DNA of 64,000 bases, taken from contig JAIVFI010000038.1 of assembly GCA_025558095.1 (NCBI GenBank), positions 186,001 through 250,000 of the forward strand, given 5' to 3'. Source of the stretch: Hyaloraphidium curvatum SAG 235-1 (lineage: Eukaryota > Fungi > Monoblepharomycota). The notes below the pieces were generated by a model that was not told where the DNA came from, made no database searches, and saw nothing but the letters and a program-made list of their open reading frames with translations. A program made the position numbers and the translations under genes. Positions 34,054 to 46,256 of this stretch are shown here, piece by piece (positions within the stretch are counted from its first letter, which is position 1; each line of letters starts with the position of its first letter).

Positions 34054-37000
34054 ACATGTCTCGCGAATCGCGTTGCAGCCCGGCAAACACGAATTCGCGA
34101 TCGTGCGACCCGCTGTATCGCAGAACGTTTCGCATGAACGGTTTCCACGCGGATTGGAGATCAGCAGACGCCCGCGCCGAAGTCCTGGCGAGATCACAAA
34201 GCTCCGCCACGACTGGAAGCAGGTACTTGGCGATGACCTTCAGGGGCACAGCACGCAGCCTATGCCTCGTTTCAGTCCTGCGTTCAAACAGTGTGCGGCC
34301 AACGGCCACCATATCATCAAGCGACATGAACGGTGATGCAGGCCGATCGTCGCCTTCTTGATCCTCCAAAGTGCCGTATCTCTGACGACACGCACTGGCG
34401 AGGATCCCCGCCAGCAAAGGAAGTATCGGGAGGACACCGTCGCGGCGTGCCGATGCGATTGACAGCACAACCGAGGTAATGGAGCAGTGGAATCTTGCGC
34501 CCACTTCCTCGGCAATAGACAGCACTGAAGCCAGTTCGGCGGGCCGCATCCGTGCGCGCTGACGTTGCAACATCAGTGTGGTTCCAGACCTCGTCGCGTA
34601 ATGCAATCCTCACCCTTGCCCGTACAACGCAGTCTAAAAGGCTCACGAGGAGTGGGGCCGTGCGGGGTCCTGTTTTCGAGGAAACGCCGATGCCTTGCAC
34701 GATGTCCAGCGTCCGAGCCGCCCTCTGGTACGCACGCAGAGATTTGCGCCCGGCAGGGCTCTTGCTTCCCAGACCGAAAAGGCCGACCAAAGTCGCAAGC
34801 GCGGGGGCCCGACCATCGGGCCGCGTTGAGCGGCGCTCGAGGATGTCCACGACGCCGTCGAAGACACGATCCATGCCGTACGAATCAAGCAGAGCCCCAA
34901 GAGCGGGGACCATCCGCGAGCTCCAGCTTTCACCGTCGGATTCGCAACACAACTCTGCGTTGAACATCAGGTCCAAGGTATCTTCAACGGAGAGATTGTG
35001 ACCCAGAATCCCCGCGTGACTCAGCCACTGTTGCAGGACGAGCGAGATTTCACCGATGCTCTTAGCGGCAGATACGCCATTTATCACGGTTGTCGCGCCG
35101 AGCTGACGCTGGCAACATGATTCCAGATAGCCGAACGTGAGACGCACGCATTGCAACACTTTGGACGGTTCCATCACAGCGAACGAATAATCCAACAGAG
35201 TCAGCTGCCAAAGGAGTTTGATGACGGCGTAGTAGTTGTCCCGAATGATCTCTGGTTTCCGCAAAGTTGCACGATGCAGGCGTTGCAGAGCATCGCGAAG
35301 CGCGCGGAGGTCCAAGACTTCTGGCGAGTGCCTGGGTGGTTCGTGAGAACCTGACACCATGTTCGGAACTCGAACGCTCACTTGGCAATCCAGGTGGCAA
35401 TAATGTGGCACACCGCAGCTAATGCTGACGTCCCGACAGGACTCCGCAACAGGTCGTCGGGTTTATCCGCCAAACTGGTGAGGGCACCGAAAAGAGGCGA
35501 TTCTAGCTCGTCGGTGCCTCCCGAACTATCCAAAGCAACTCGCGCCAGCCAGGACGCGAGTTGCGTCCACATTTCGATGAGGTCCGTTTGCTCAGCGTCC
35601 GAGAGCAAACCGAAGCCGGATAGGCCGCCGGCGAAAGAGAAGCACGCCTGATCAAGGCAAACATGAACGAGAAATCAACCGAAACCAACGAGTCAACCGA
35701 CCGTAAACGCAATCTGCCAATCCTCCGCTTCCAGTTGGCCCGACGATCGGATAAGGCGCAAGAGGAGCTTTCCAAGGCCAAAACAGACTCTAAATGACGT
35801 GGAACTTTGCAGCTGGCGAGCAATTGACGAAATGATGGATCGCATGAAAGGGACAGAAAGAGCGGGGGGCGGAGTTTGGAGGAGAATAGAGATAGAGAAC
35901 GGAGCTCGACGCGAAACCTCTTGCAGAAGCCGGTGCAACTCTGTATCGGCCGAGTTAGATGGGATTTGGTGGATGACAGCATTGCCCCACCTCGGCGTTC
36001 CCACAAATCGGCCGAGGTCCATGGCGCGGTTGGTACAACCGGAAGAGTGTAACCTTGGCGATTAAATGCATCCGCGAAAGACAACTCATCGCGAAACAGT
36101 TGGTCATACAACTGCGAGCTGCGACGAAAGGTCAACGACCCGGCAAGCACTGGCACGACAGGAACTGACGCAGATGCATCGGTCCACAGGGCCGTTTCCG
36201 AGGCAAATGGTAGACAGATGGTCTCATCAGTTGCATCGAGCTCGTCGCAATTGAACTGCGTGGCGTGGGCCTGTGCTGCAGACTTCACGGCACGTTCAAT
36301 CTTGCCGGCGTTAGTGTTCGCCGGTATCGGCACGCCGCCGTGCGAAGCGCGGTCGTGCACACGTAGCACACTTAAAAGCCGGAAACACCTCATCTGCGCC
36401 ACCTTGAAAGTCAGGGCACCGATGGAGAACAGCGACGAATTGCCCCTGCCTCGTAATATGCTTCGCCAAGAGACTCGGCAGGCTTGTCCAATCCCGCCCA
36501 ATGGAGCATGCCAGAAGCGAGTCCTGCATCTCCAGAGACTCTTATACCCTGCAGCGCAGCTGATGCCAACCGAAGGCAGGAGGCGGCATTCTGCCCCCGA
36601 CTTGCACCGACGGCATCCAGAGCTCTCCTGACTATCTGCTCATGCAGAGGACCCACTGCAATGGGCTCGGCATCGACGAGAAGTCGCACGAGGTAGTCGA
36701 CGAGGATCTTGCCCCCGAGGCTGCGTCGCAGCCTCTTTGCTGAACACTGTGCCGACCCTTCGCTCATCCTCGCAAAATAAAGGTCGCCCAGAGCTTGTAG
36801 AAGCTTGCTCCGTTCAAGGAAGGACATGTTTTCCAAGCTCCGAGAGAACCTGCATACGGGTACGTCTTAGCCTGCAATCGCTGTGGAATCGCGCAACACT
36901 CGCTCCAAGCGGCACGTGGAGTCTGCCAGCAAGCATCCACGTGCTATAACTTCCGCGGGTTGCGACAGGAGCGCATCGAAAAGGCCGAAGAGGAAGCCGC

Positions 37001-38738
37001 AAAAGTGATCCGTGCTCGAATAATCCCAGAAAAGGGTCGCTAGAAACTGAGATCCCTGTGCGTGTCCGAGTGGGAGCTATTCGCACAAACCAGGTTCAAG
37101 ATCATAGAAGGCGTGCTTGGGCTTCGGCTCACCGAAAGAATCAGCGAACGAACCCGCGCCGAGACCGTGTCGATGATTGAAAAGTCAACTTTCAACAGCG
37201 CGCTGATTGCAACGAGCGGGGCCGTGCAATCGCCTACAACGAAGCGAAGCGATGTCAGAGAGGAACACCTCCCAGCCGGCGCCGTGCCCTACCTTGCACA
37301 TCGACTGCGTCTAGGAGCTGCTGCATCAGTTGCTCGAGATCTGCTTGTGTGCTCTCGCCAGCACGATGCCACCGTCTAGCGCCCGCATAGGAAATGAGCT
37401 CCGAGACGCTGTCCATGGCTACACGGAGCGCTGTCCCGTCCGAAGAGGAAGAAGACGGGCACGACCCCAAGGCCAAATGGACCATCCAAACGAGCATTCG
37501 CATTGCAAGCAGTCGTTCCGGTGCTTTCATCAGCTCCGATGGACGATCTCGGAAGATCGTTTGGAGAAGAAAAGGTAAAGAAGCTGTCGCAAGCATCGGG
37601 GCGGACCAGCTGATGGTCGAGGAGCCGGGATCAACGGGGCGATCCTTGCCCTCGGAGCCGACGATGGCCTCCCTCAGCAGGCAGCAGAGTTCGAATGCCG
37701 CATTCGAACGGAAGGTTGAGCCCTCCGACGTCCCATTGTTGGACTGCAGTTCAGTAAGATGCCCTCCGTCGAGGTTTCCGATAATGTCCTCCACGAGGCT
37801 CAAGAGATGTCGCAGAATGTGCATCACTTCTTCGCTGCAGAGCGCGAGCACGGTGGGGGCGACGCAAAGACGCAGAGCGTCCGTCCTGGCAATTACGGAA
37901 TGTAGCACGAGTAGCGGCACAAAGAGGTGCTTGGTTCCCCATGCGTAGACCTGCGGGGGTGGGAGTTTGAGCCTGAAAGGGGCCAGGCAGCTCCCGATCT
38001 TGCTCTCTAGCCGTACCTTCTTGCTGTTGGATTCTCGATTGATCCGGCGATGCAGCTTCCGAACAAGGAAAGTGATCGCCAAGAGGACGTCTTCGACATC
38101 AGCAGCTGACTCTTGGGCGGATTCCACGCGGATCGAAACCAATAAGGATCCCGCGCGGCGGAGGAGCTCCGCTGCCATCGGCCCAAGCTGCTCGACGGAA
38201 TCAAAGGCCCGCGGTCCCCATATGAGATCGACTGTCCGCAGGCAACGACAGCACGCGGCGAGGACGCGGCATGCGTGCTCGACGGAACCTTGCGCGGGGG
38301 TAGCTCCGAATGCCCTCTGGAACAGCTGGACAAACGGAACCTTCGACAGGTCCACGGTGAGAGGTCCCGTCAGGGCACGAGGATCCGTCCCGCTGCGGAT
38401 GGATTGCAATACGCTCAGGAGAAAGCTCCAGCAGTCGAGCTCGGCGATCCTGTCGAGAACCAGGAGAATGAACAGCGTCCCAACAAAGACAGCAACCAGT
38501 CACCCCACGGCGTCGGAAGATCGAGGCCGTGAGAGCCGCTAGCATGACGCTGCGCCTCTCCGTAGCCGACGCGGACCATGGTTCCCACGGTCCATTCCAG
38601 CAAGAAGGCTGTCTTGCCGGGAAAGGCAGGTTCCGGGGACGGCAGAAGCTTCTTCGCGAGCTCGAACTTTGCCTGCCATTTCAGGCTCGTTCCTTTGAGG
38701 AGCTTTACCGCCTCCGCGGCCGTCGGCGGCGTCCTCAT
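34028..38738 (-). CDS. Large helical-repeat protein, Urb2/Npa2-like ribosome biogenesis factor
   Basis: N-terminal AVKLLKG...FPGKTAFLLEW and C-terminal KYLLPVVAE...FVFAGLQRDSRDMFSQL resemble Urb2 termini; chain of Leu-rich minus-strand exons. Family call is from recall and the 3' end is uncertain. Confidence 0.55.
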
Positions 38739-38853
38739 GGAGCGGCGCCGGCAATGTTGACGGGGCGTCGATCGATCGACGCGCGGCGTCCTCGCCTCCG
38801 GCGGCTTGCCCCTAGAGACGGGGGATTGCCCCCGCAGCCACCTTGTGCCCGCG

Positions 38854-40203
38854 ATGCATCCGTCTCCGTGGACTCCGGATTCCTGGCGGACGAAGCCCAT
38901 CAAACAGGACGTGCAGTTTCCTAACGAGGCGGAGCTCGCTCGGGTGCTCAACAAGATCGCATCCCTGCCGCCCCTCGTTGCGCGCAACGAGGTCGACCTG
39001 TTGCGCGAGCGGCTGGCCGAAGTCGCCGCCGGACGCCGCTTCCTGCTCCACGGGGGCGATTGCGCGGAGCGGTTCGACGACTGCACGCCGCAGAACCTCG
39101 AATCGCTCATGAAGGTCGTTCTCCAAATGAGCTTGGTCATCATCCACGGCGCCCGGATTCCCGTGGTCAGGATCGGGCGCGTCGCAGGCCAGTACGCGAA
39201 GCCGCGGTCCAGCCCGTTCGAGCCGAATCCGGCAGGCGGCGAACCCGTGCTGAGCTACCGAGGCGACAACGTCAACGGACAGGCGATCCACGAACGCGTG
39301 CCCGACCCTCAGAGGCTGCTCCAGGGCCATCTGACGTCGGCTGCGACGTTGAACTACATCCGAATACTTCAAACCAGTGGTTTTGCGGACCTGCACAATG
39401 CGCAGTGGGACATTTCGCACGTCGTCGACTCGAATCTGAAGGCCGACTACCAGGACATCGTGAGCCGCCTTCTCGACGCCTTCGACTTCATGCGTGTGAT
39501 AGGGGCCGAAGATAGCAAGAGCGTATCGAGCGTGGAATGGTTCACGAGCCACGAAGGGCTCATGCTCGAGCTCGAGCAGTGCCTCACGGGTGCCGACGGT
39601 TACAATCTGGGAGCCCACTATTTGTGGTGTGGTGACCGGACGCGCCAGCTGGACGGGGCGCACGTGGAGTTCTTTCGGGGCTTGAGGAATCCGATTGGTG
39701 TCAAGGCCGGGCCCGGCATGGATCCCCAGGAGCTCGTGCGCCTTCTGTCCGTGCTCGATCCGGAAGACGAGCCGGGGAAGGTCTCCATCATCACCCGCTT
39801 CGGCCACGCCAAGGTCCGCGAGCTGTTGCCGCCCATAATCGAGGCGGTGCAGCGCAGCGGTCGGAAAGGGGTGGTGTGGGTGTGCGATCCGATGCACGGC
39901 AACACGACCACGCACGATTCGACGCCGCCCCGGAAGACTCGCAATTTCGCGCACATCGTGAGCGAGTTCCAAGCGACTTTCGAGGTGCACCGCGAAATGG
40001 GGACGTTCTGCGGAGGCGTTCATTTGGAGATGACCGGCCTTCCGGTGACGGAGTGCGTCGGCGGCTCCATGGAGCTGCGCGAGCTGGACTCCAACTACAC
40101 GACGGCATGCGATCCGCGCTTGAACGGCACCCAGGCATTGGACATGGCGTTTATGATCGCCAAGCTTCACAAGCAGCGGGAGGCCGGGCTCCCTAGAGGT
40201 TGA
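38854..40203 (+). CDS. Class II DAHP synthase (AroA II), intronless
   Basis: WTPDSWRTKPIKQ, GGDCAERF, RIGRVAGQYAKPRS, SYRGDNVNG, TSHEGL, LWCGDRTRQLDGAHVEF, CDPMHGNT, GGVHLEMTG, CDPRLN. Confidence 0.96.
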   Translation: MHPSPWTPDSWRTKPIKQDVQFPNEAELARVLNKIASLPPLVARNEVDLLRERLAEVAAGRRFLLHGGDCAERFDDCTPQNLESLMKVVLQMSLVIIHGARIPVVRIGRVAGQYAKPRSSPFEPNPAGGEPVLSYRGDNVNGQAIHERVPDPQRLLQGHLTSAATLNYIRILQTSGFADLHNAQWDISHVVDSNLKADYQDIVSRLLDAFDFMRVIGAEDSKSVSSVEWFTSHEGLMLELEQCLTGADGYNLGAHYLWCGDRTRQLDGAHVEFFRGLRNPIGVKAGPGMDPQELVRLLSVLDPEDEPGKVSIITRFGHAKVRELLPPIIEAVQRSGRKGVVWVCDPMHGNTTTHDSTPPRKTRNFAHIVSEFQATFEVHREMGTFCGGVHLEMTGLPVTECVGGSMELRELDSNYTTACDPRLNGTQALDMAFMIAKLHKQREAGLPRG

Positions 40204-40237
40204 TTGTACGCGACAGTTCAATCAATTTGCTCCACGG

Positions 40238-41619
40238 TCATCCCATCATGATTTCGTCCGACGTGACCGTCTCTTCCGCTTCGGCTACGGCAAAGGCCCG
40301 ATCAGCGCGGCGCATGGGTTCCACAGTGGAGTGCAAGTACGGGCAGTTCGGCTTCGTGCAGAAAGGCTCGAACTGAATGAAGATGCGAAAATCAGCTGGG
40401 CCCAAGACGCGGGGGCGCACATGCAATCACCTTGCACGGAATTTCCGCGACAGACGTGGGGGAGCCCGTGGCGGAGCTCAAGACAAGCGACTTGTTTGCA
40501 AAGCCCTGCGGGGCTCCTCGTGCACCGGCGTGCAAATAGGGACACCGCGGGTTCAGGCACGGCGAAAACTTGCACGGAATGTTCCGCCGATTCGCGGCAG
40601 ATCCCTGCTGTTTTCCAAGCGCCGGCGAGGGGTGGGAGAACGTGCACCGAGGGTTCGTGCACCCGGCACCGAACTTGCAAGGTGCGGCCGCCTTCGGGTG
40701 AATGAACAGGCAGCGATCACCTTCTCGGCACCCGGGGAGGTTCGGGCAGAGCTTCGACACGATCAGAAACGTCAAGGGAGAGCGCCACAAGATTCCGTAC
40801 CTCTGTGGGATGGTGGAAGGGACATTCCGCGCCCTTGGAGCAATCGGGCCAGAACTTGCAACGCACGGGCCGCTCGTCCAGTCTCTCCAACGAGGACGAC
40901 TCGCCCGCGAGCGTCACCGTGAAGGTGGTCGTTGTCGCCGTCGGAGCCGTCGGCGTCTTCGCGCGTCCAGGGACCGAGTAGGGTTGCGGCCTGCGGGATT
41001 TGACCGTCTCGGCCGCGGCGCTGGTCGCGGGTCCGCCAGATGTCGCCTCCCGTAAGGCTTTGTCCAAAAGGCGAAACGGGGTCTTTTGGTTCCCCGCGGA
41101 AGCCGCACCGCCGTTCGTAGCCGCGCCGTCCGATTCGCCGGGCGTGAACTCGGGGGCGGCGGGGTCCAACCCAGAGGCGGGAGCGTCCGCGGGCGGCACG
41201 TCCCCAGAAACGTCCATTTCCGCGCCCGCCGAGGCACCGACGTTGCCCTGCGACTCCTCCCGCAACATCTCTTCCAAGCTCGAGAACAGGAAATCGACGA
41301 AGCTCAGCGGGAGATCATCGCCGATGACTTGAGGGGATTCGTTCGACAGATCAGGGCTTCGCAAGGCTCCCGCCGGTCACCTTGACCCACTCGATTGCAG
41401 TTCCGTGGCCACCTGGTCGCGGTCCTTCCGGTTGGCTATGAGGAGCATGGTGTAGTCTGGAGACCAGTAAAGGTTGACAAGTTGCCCTCCTCCGATACCA
41501 GGAGGCGACTTGCCAACGAGGGTTTCGTTCTCGAGCCCGTGAGCCGCAAGTTCGGCCACCAGGGCCGCCTTCAGCCTCGTCGCCTGCGGCGAGTTGAGCT
41601 GGAAAAGCGGCGCGCTCAT
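40238..41619 (-). CDS. NAB2: Nab2/ZC3H14-like poly(A)-binding CCCH zinc-finger protein
   Basis: N-terminal PWI-like domain (LVDYTMLLIANRKDRDQVATEL) and tandem CX5CX4-6CX3H fingers (CKFWPDCSKGAECPFHH, CKFGAGCTNPRCTFSH, CKFSPCLNPRCPYLH, CKFEPFCTKPNCPYLH). Confidence 0.82.
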
Positions 41620-41733
41620 CGTGAGACGCTACGGCGGAGGACAGGGTGGGAGCCTGTGTGATTGATTGTTGCGCTGTCTGTAGACCCGCGACTGCGAACA
41701 CGCGTCCCACTCCCGTGTAGCCGCAGTTCAAAG

Positions 41734-42770
41734 ATGGCACCGGAGTTCACCGTCATATTGCCCACGTACAACGAGGCCCAAAACCTCCCGGTCCTGGTCT
41801 GGTTGTTGGACAAGGCCCTGACCGAGAGGTCCGACGTCTCCCGACGCCTTGCTGCGCGCGAAATTGAGCACTGGTCTGCAGCAATCTGTCATACGAGGTC
41901 ATCATTGTGGACGACAACTCACCGGACGGCACTCTGGATGTTGCCAAGAAGCTCCAGGACATCTACGGCTCGGACAAGATCGTGGGTCCGCGTGTCACGC
42001 CAACTCCGCCGGCACACCGTGACCCGCTGATTGCCGCCTCGCGTCGAAAGGTGTTGAAACCACGGTCAGGGAAACTGGGACTAGGGACTGCGTACGTTCA
42101 TGGGCTGCAGTTTGCCCGGGGGCAGTTCGTCGTCATTATGGATTCGGACTTTTCCCACCACGTTGGTGCCCGCAGCGGCGGTCCTTTGCTCGGGCAATCT
42201 GACCGTTTCCGTACTGTTTTGGGGCTCCCGATGGTTCAGCCCAAATTCATCCCCGAGTTCGTCGCGTGAGTCGAGGAAGCCCTTTGCGAGTTACGTGAGC
42301 TGATTCCCGAAATCGCAGCCTGCAAAAGGCACATAACCTGGACATCGTGACCGGGACGCGATATGCCGGCGACGGCGGCGTGCATGGCTGGTCGTTCTAC
42401 CGCAAGTTGACGAGGTTTGGGGTGGTGCGGGGTGGCTCGAGCGTCCGCTCACCGTTCCTCCCGCTCTCCCTCTTCCAGCCGCGTTGCCAACTACATTGCG
42501 GACGTTTTGGTATCCCCTGGGGTGACGGATCTCACGGGGTCGTTCAGATTGTATCGGAAGGATGTCCTGTCGCACCTCATCGGCGAGGTCAAGTCGAAGG
42601 GCTACTTCTTCCAGCCGGAGATGATCATTCGGGCACGGACGTTGGGCTACAAAGTGGGCGAGGTGCCCATTACTTTCGTCGACCGCGTCTTTGGTGCCAG
42701 CAAGTACGGGGCCGGGATGATCGTGGAATGGTTGACCGTGCTGGTGCAGCTCTGGTGGGAGCTCGAATGA
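41734..42770 (+). CDS. DPM1: Dolichol-phosphate mannosyltransferase catalytic subunit
   Basis: VILPTYNEAQNLP, IVDDNSPDGT, RSGKLGLGTAYVHG, IMDSDFSHHPKFIP, DLTGSFRLY, SKGYFFQPEM, GEVPITFVDRVFG; no C-terminal TM (human/S. pombe type). Confidence 0.94.
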
Positions 42771-43099
42771 GGTTTAGACAGCAGCAGAGTTTTGTAGCTT
42801 CTTTTTGACACATCAAGATACCCCATGGTTGAGGGGGGAGCGGAGTTCACCGGGCACGCCTGGTTCGTGCCGTCTCACGCAAACAACTGCCGCCCTTCAC
42901 GCACTTCGGCCGCCCGCGATCTCCGGGTGCCGCCGGTCGGCAGCCGGGCGAGTGCGGAGCGCGGTTACGCTCGGCGCCGCTTCCCTCGATTGCGTGGCTC
43001 ACGGCAACCGGCGTGCAATTCGAGAGTCCGCAGCTCGGAATCCCGCCGTGCGCGGACCCTGCCGCGAAACTGCTGGCTTTGAGCTCGGAAGACGCCCTC

Positions 43100-44437
43100 A
43101 TGGCGGCGGTGCTCCGAATCCCCTCGGCCTCTGAGGCGGCTTCGCCGCACTCCCTGTCGCCGGACTCGGGCTCCGCACCGGGCTCGCCGATGAAGATGCG
43201 GAGCGTCAGCTGTCCCGACCCCCATACGAACGATCCGATAATCCAAGAAATGCTGGCGAACAGGTGGGACGCTGCGCGGTGTTTCTGTGCTGCTCCGGAT
43301 GACGCTGCCCCTCCCCTAGGTCTGTCGACGATGTGCCGCCCGAGTTCGAGGCCGAGCGTCGGCGACGCATGTACAACATGTTGCGACACTCTAAACACTA
43401 CAAAAAGCTGCAGGTAAGCCCACCTTCCGGGGCTGTGGCAGCCTCTCACGGCCTTTCTGCGAGCAAAGGTGGCCAGAGCGAATGACACATGGGACAAATC
43501 GCTTCAGCCGTCTCCGATATCGCCCATATCCGTGCAATCATCTCTGCAAGCTGCCGAGGGCGGCATTTTGGATGCCTCGGAACTCGATGCCGCTTTGAGC
43601 GGGCTGGACGGGACCCCCTCTGCGGTTTCTGCGTCTCACAGCAGTCTTCACGACGCGAACGATACCGGGCGAAACAGCAGCGTCCCTATCAATCTGGAGA
43701 CTGCGGGAGAGCATGATGGACGCCAGGTCGCTTCCACCGAAGCGTCGGCCCATTGCTCCCGGCGCAGCTCGGAGGAGTTTGGCGGTGCGGATGAAATGCT
43801 TTCTGTGGACACTGGCCTGGGTCGGGGAATACGGCCAGTCGTGCGCAGTCATTCCACACTGGACGCAAACGGCAGCGACATGGCCCGATCTCCTTCAACG
43901 GTCGCCATGGCCAGAGCAGGTCGCGCTCGGCGACGCCGCGGCGTCTCGTTTGACGAGCACGTTTTCGTGATGGAAGAGCCAGGGGTTATGTTCTCGCTGA
44001 AGAACAGCGGCAACTGCTTGACACCGTTCACGCCGTCGCCTTCGAGCACAACGGGCGCGGGCTCGCACGACTCGGTGACGCCGCCCGGAAATGGCTTGAT
44101 GGAAGATTCCGACACCGAGTACTCTCTGTTGGAGGACTTCTCGATGCCTGATGGCGGTCGGTCGTCCCCGATCCTCGTCTCACCGACGGGGGGCCGGAGT
44201 GCACAACCGCGGGGCGATGAAGCCCATTACCCACGACGGACTACAGAGCACGTGCATTGGGCCGACGTTGGCATGCGTGTGGACCCGGTCGACGAAACGA
44301 ACGCAGAGGACGCTCACGGAGAGAACGACGGCTACCCCGGGTCTGGTGGTTCGCCAGTCCTAGGCTCGGACGCTTCCCCGAGGAAAGCACGGAGCTTGCG
44401 CTCAATGTTCCGCAAAGCCATCGGTATTGGAGACTAA
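43100..44437 (+). CDS. Uncharacterized Ser/Pro-rich disordered protein with RVxF-like motifs
   Basis: Two exons joined by GTAAGC...AAAG intron (~43413-43468); RRRRGVSFDEHVFV and HVHWAD motifs; short Cys-rich stretch. Start uncertain. Confidence 0.55.
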
Positions 44438-44504
44438 CACAATCATCAATCTAGCAGCATGGCGATTTGTCTGACAGAGTTTTGCATGTAGCGTCCGTCA
44501 TTCA

Positions 44505-46256
44505 TTACGATGCGATGATCGGTGCCCCCGCATCGGGACGGTGGTTCACAGAGATCCAGCCGTGGCGTCGCGCATTCGGGCGGGCCCATCTGGCACCAGG
44601 CATTAGCTTTGGCGAAGTTCGCAGGCCACGCACGCACGCACAATTCGAGGAGTCTGAATCGCCTGTGAGCAGGCTCGGCAGTTTCGATTGCCTGGGGCAG
44701 GAGAGTCTCGATCACCTCGTATAGGAACACTGGCTTCTCGTCCGTCAGGGCTCCTGTGACCAGGTCGGTGAGATCCACGACAGCGCCGAGGCGTCGCTAC
44801 CCACGCGCGTGCCTCGGTTTGAGGAAGTCGAACTCGCAATCGGCGCTCCGCTGATGGCGCATCTCGATTTCACCGGCCTGCAGGTGAACACGTCGGATCG
44901 GTCCTCAGTACGCTACAGAGGAGACACACCTTCCGCATGATCAAGCACGTCAACTTGCTCCGACGAAAATAGGTCGACTCTTCCGTCACGATGCGATTGT
45001 TGAGATGCTTCTTGACCCATGCAAAGTTTTCAACGTAGCGGCAATCCCATTTCTTTTCCGCCATCCGGATGACGTGGGGAATCATTTCCTTCTCAACCCA
45101 GATGAAGATGAAACCTGATCTCATGAGAGGCGACAGATCCAAAGCACCCTGCAAGCCGCATCATCGGCTGTCCGGTCTCGGAGTTCGGATCATGGAGCAC
45201 ATACCAACTCCTCCACCGAGATACACGAGTCGCCATCCGACCGGGAGTTTGAAACGGCCTTCAATGGTGGATCGAGAAGGATGCACTGGAAGTCCGTGCC
45301 CAGTTGTCGAAAATCAAACTTCCGCACATCTGCCTCGATGTATCTGAATGAAAGCACCGTTGGTTGGATTGATAGCGGCTCCCAATCAGCTCTTCGCACC
45401 TGCACCAATCCCCGCCATCGCATTCGTCCAGGCGCTGAATGTGGCGAGCCCATGTGCGTGGCACGGGGCACGGCGGAATGCGCACATAGGTCGGAAGGCT
45501 GGGGTCGGGAGGCGGTCTGCAAAGAAGGTGAGCGCAGAGTTGGTAACGGGCGCCGAGCGCTCCCCACCCAGCAGGCCTTCGTGTCAATACCAGCGGAGCA
45601 GGCACCCGAGTCGGTGCTTGAGCATGAAAGGCCTTGTACCGGCTAATTATGGCATCCTTGTCTGGTGCCCTCGACCTGCTTTTCCTTTCGCTGGCGTCCG
45701 ACACGTTGGAACGCCTGACCTTACGGGAGACACCATTGACTTCCGCTTCCCAGTCGTTGTCATCGAGGATCATGTAATCGCTGTGGCCGCTCCCGTGAGA
45801 GAAGGTCGAAAGATGGTCTCCGCCGCGCGTTCCCACTCTTCCTCGGCCGCGTCCTCCCAACCATGGTCCTGGTTTCCCTCCCACTCGCCGAGCTCCATCT
45901 GCAGCAGATCCAGCTCATCCAAAGCCGAGTTGTGGAGGCCCATGACGGCGCTCTTGACGGTAAAGTTGCTCGTCCTCGTAAAGAGCTCCTCGAGCTGGTT
46001 GTCGGTGAGGGCGGGGGGCTTCGCGGCCCCCGGGGCTCCCGCTCCGCCGTCCGCGGACGATGCGAGCTCCTTCTCGAACTTTTCCAGCTCCTCGAACTTC
46101 TTCATTATCACATCGATGGGTTCCTCGTCCAGGACATAGCCGACGAAATGGGCCGAGCTGACCCGCCGCGAAGTTGAGCGAGGGAGGCGGAGGGCGGACA
46201 CCAGTCGCGCACCTGATCTCGGTGCGTTTCCTCTTGCGCGTCCGTCGTTCGGACAT
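44505..46256 (-). CDS. MT-A70 family protein, probably non-catalytic MTA9/AMT6-7-like subunit of the DNA 6mA methyltransferase complex
   Basis: [90 protein letters not shown]...HGW; N-terminal [22 protein letters not shown]. Confidence 0.8.

Noticed and set aside
38812-40221. 469-aa antisense ORF opposite DAHP synthase
   Set aside because: Shadow ORF produced by high GC3 codon usage; no motifs.
3094-42770. DPM3 and DPM1 in the same window as a gene cluster (likewise ERG25-like and ERG9)
   Set aside because: Separated by 38 kb and 11 kb of unrelated genes; compatible with chance.
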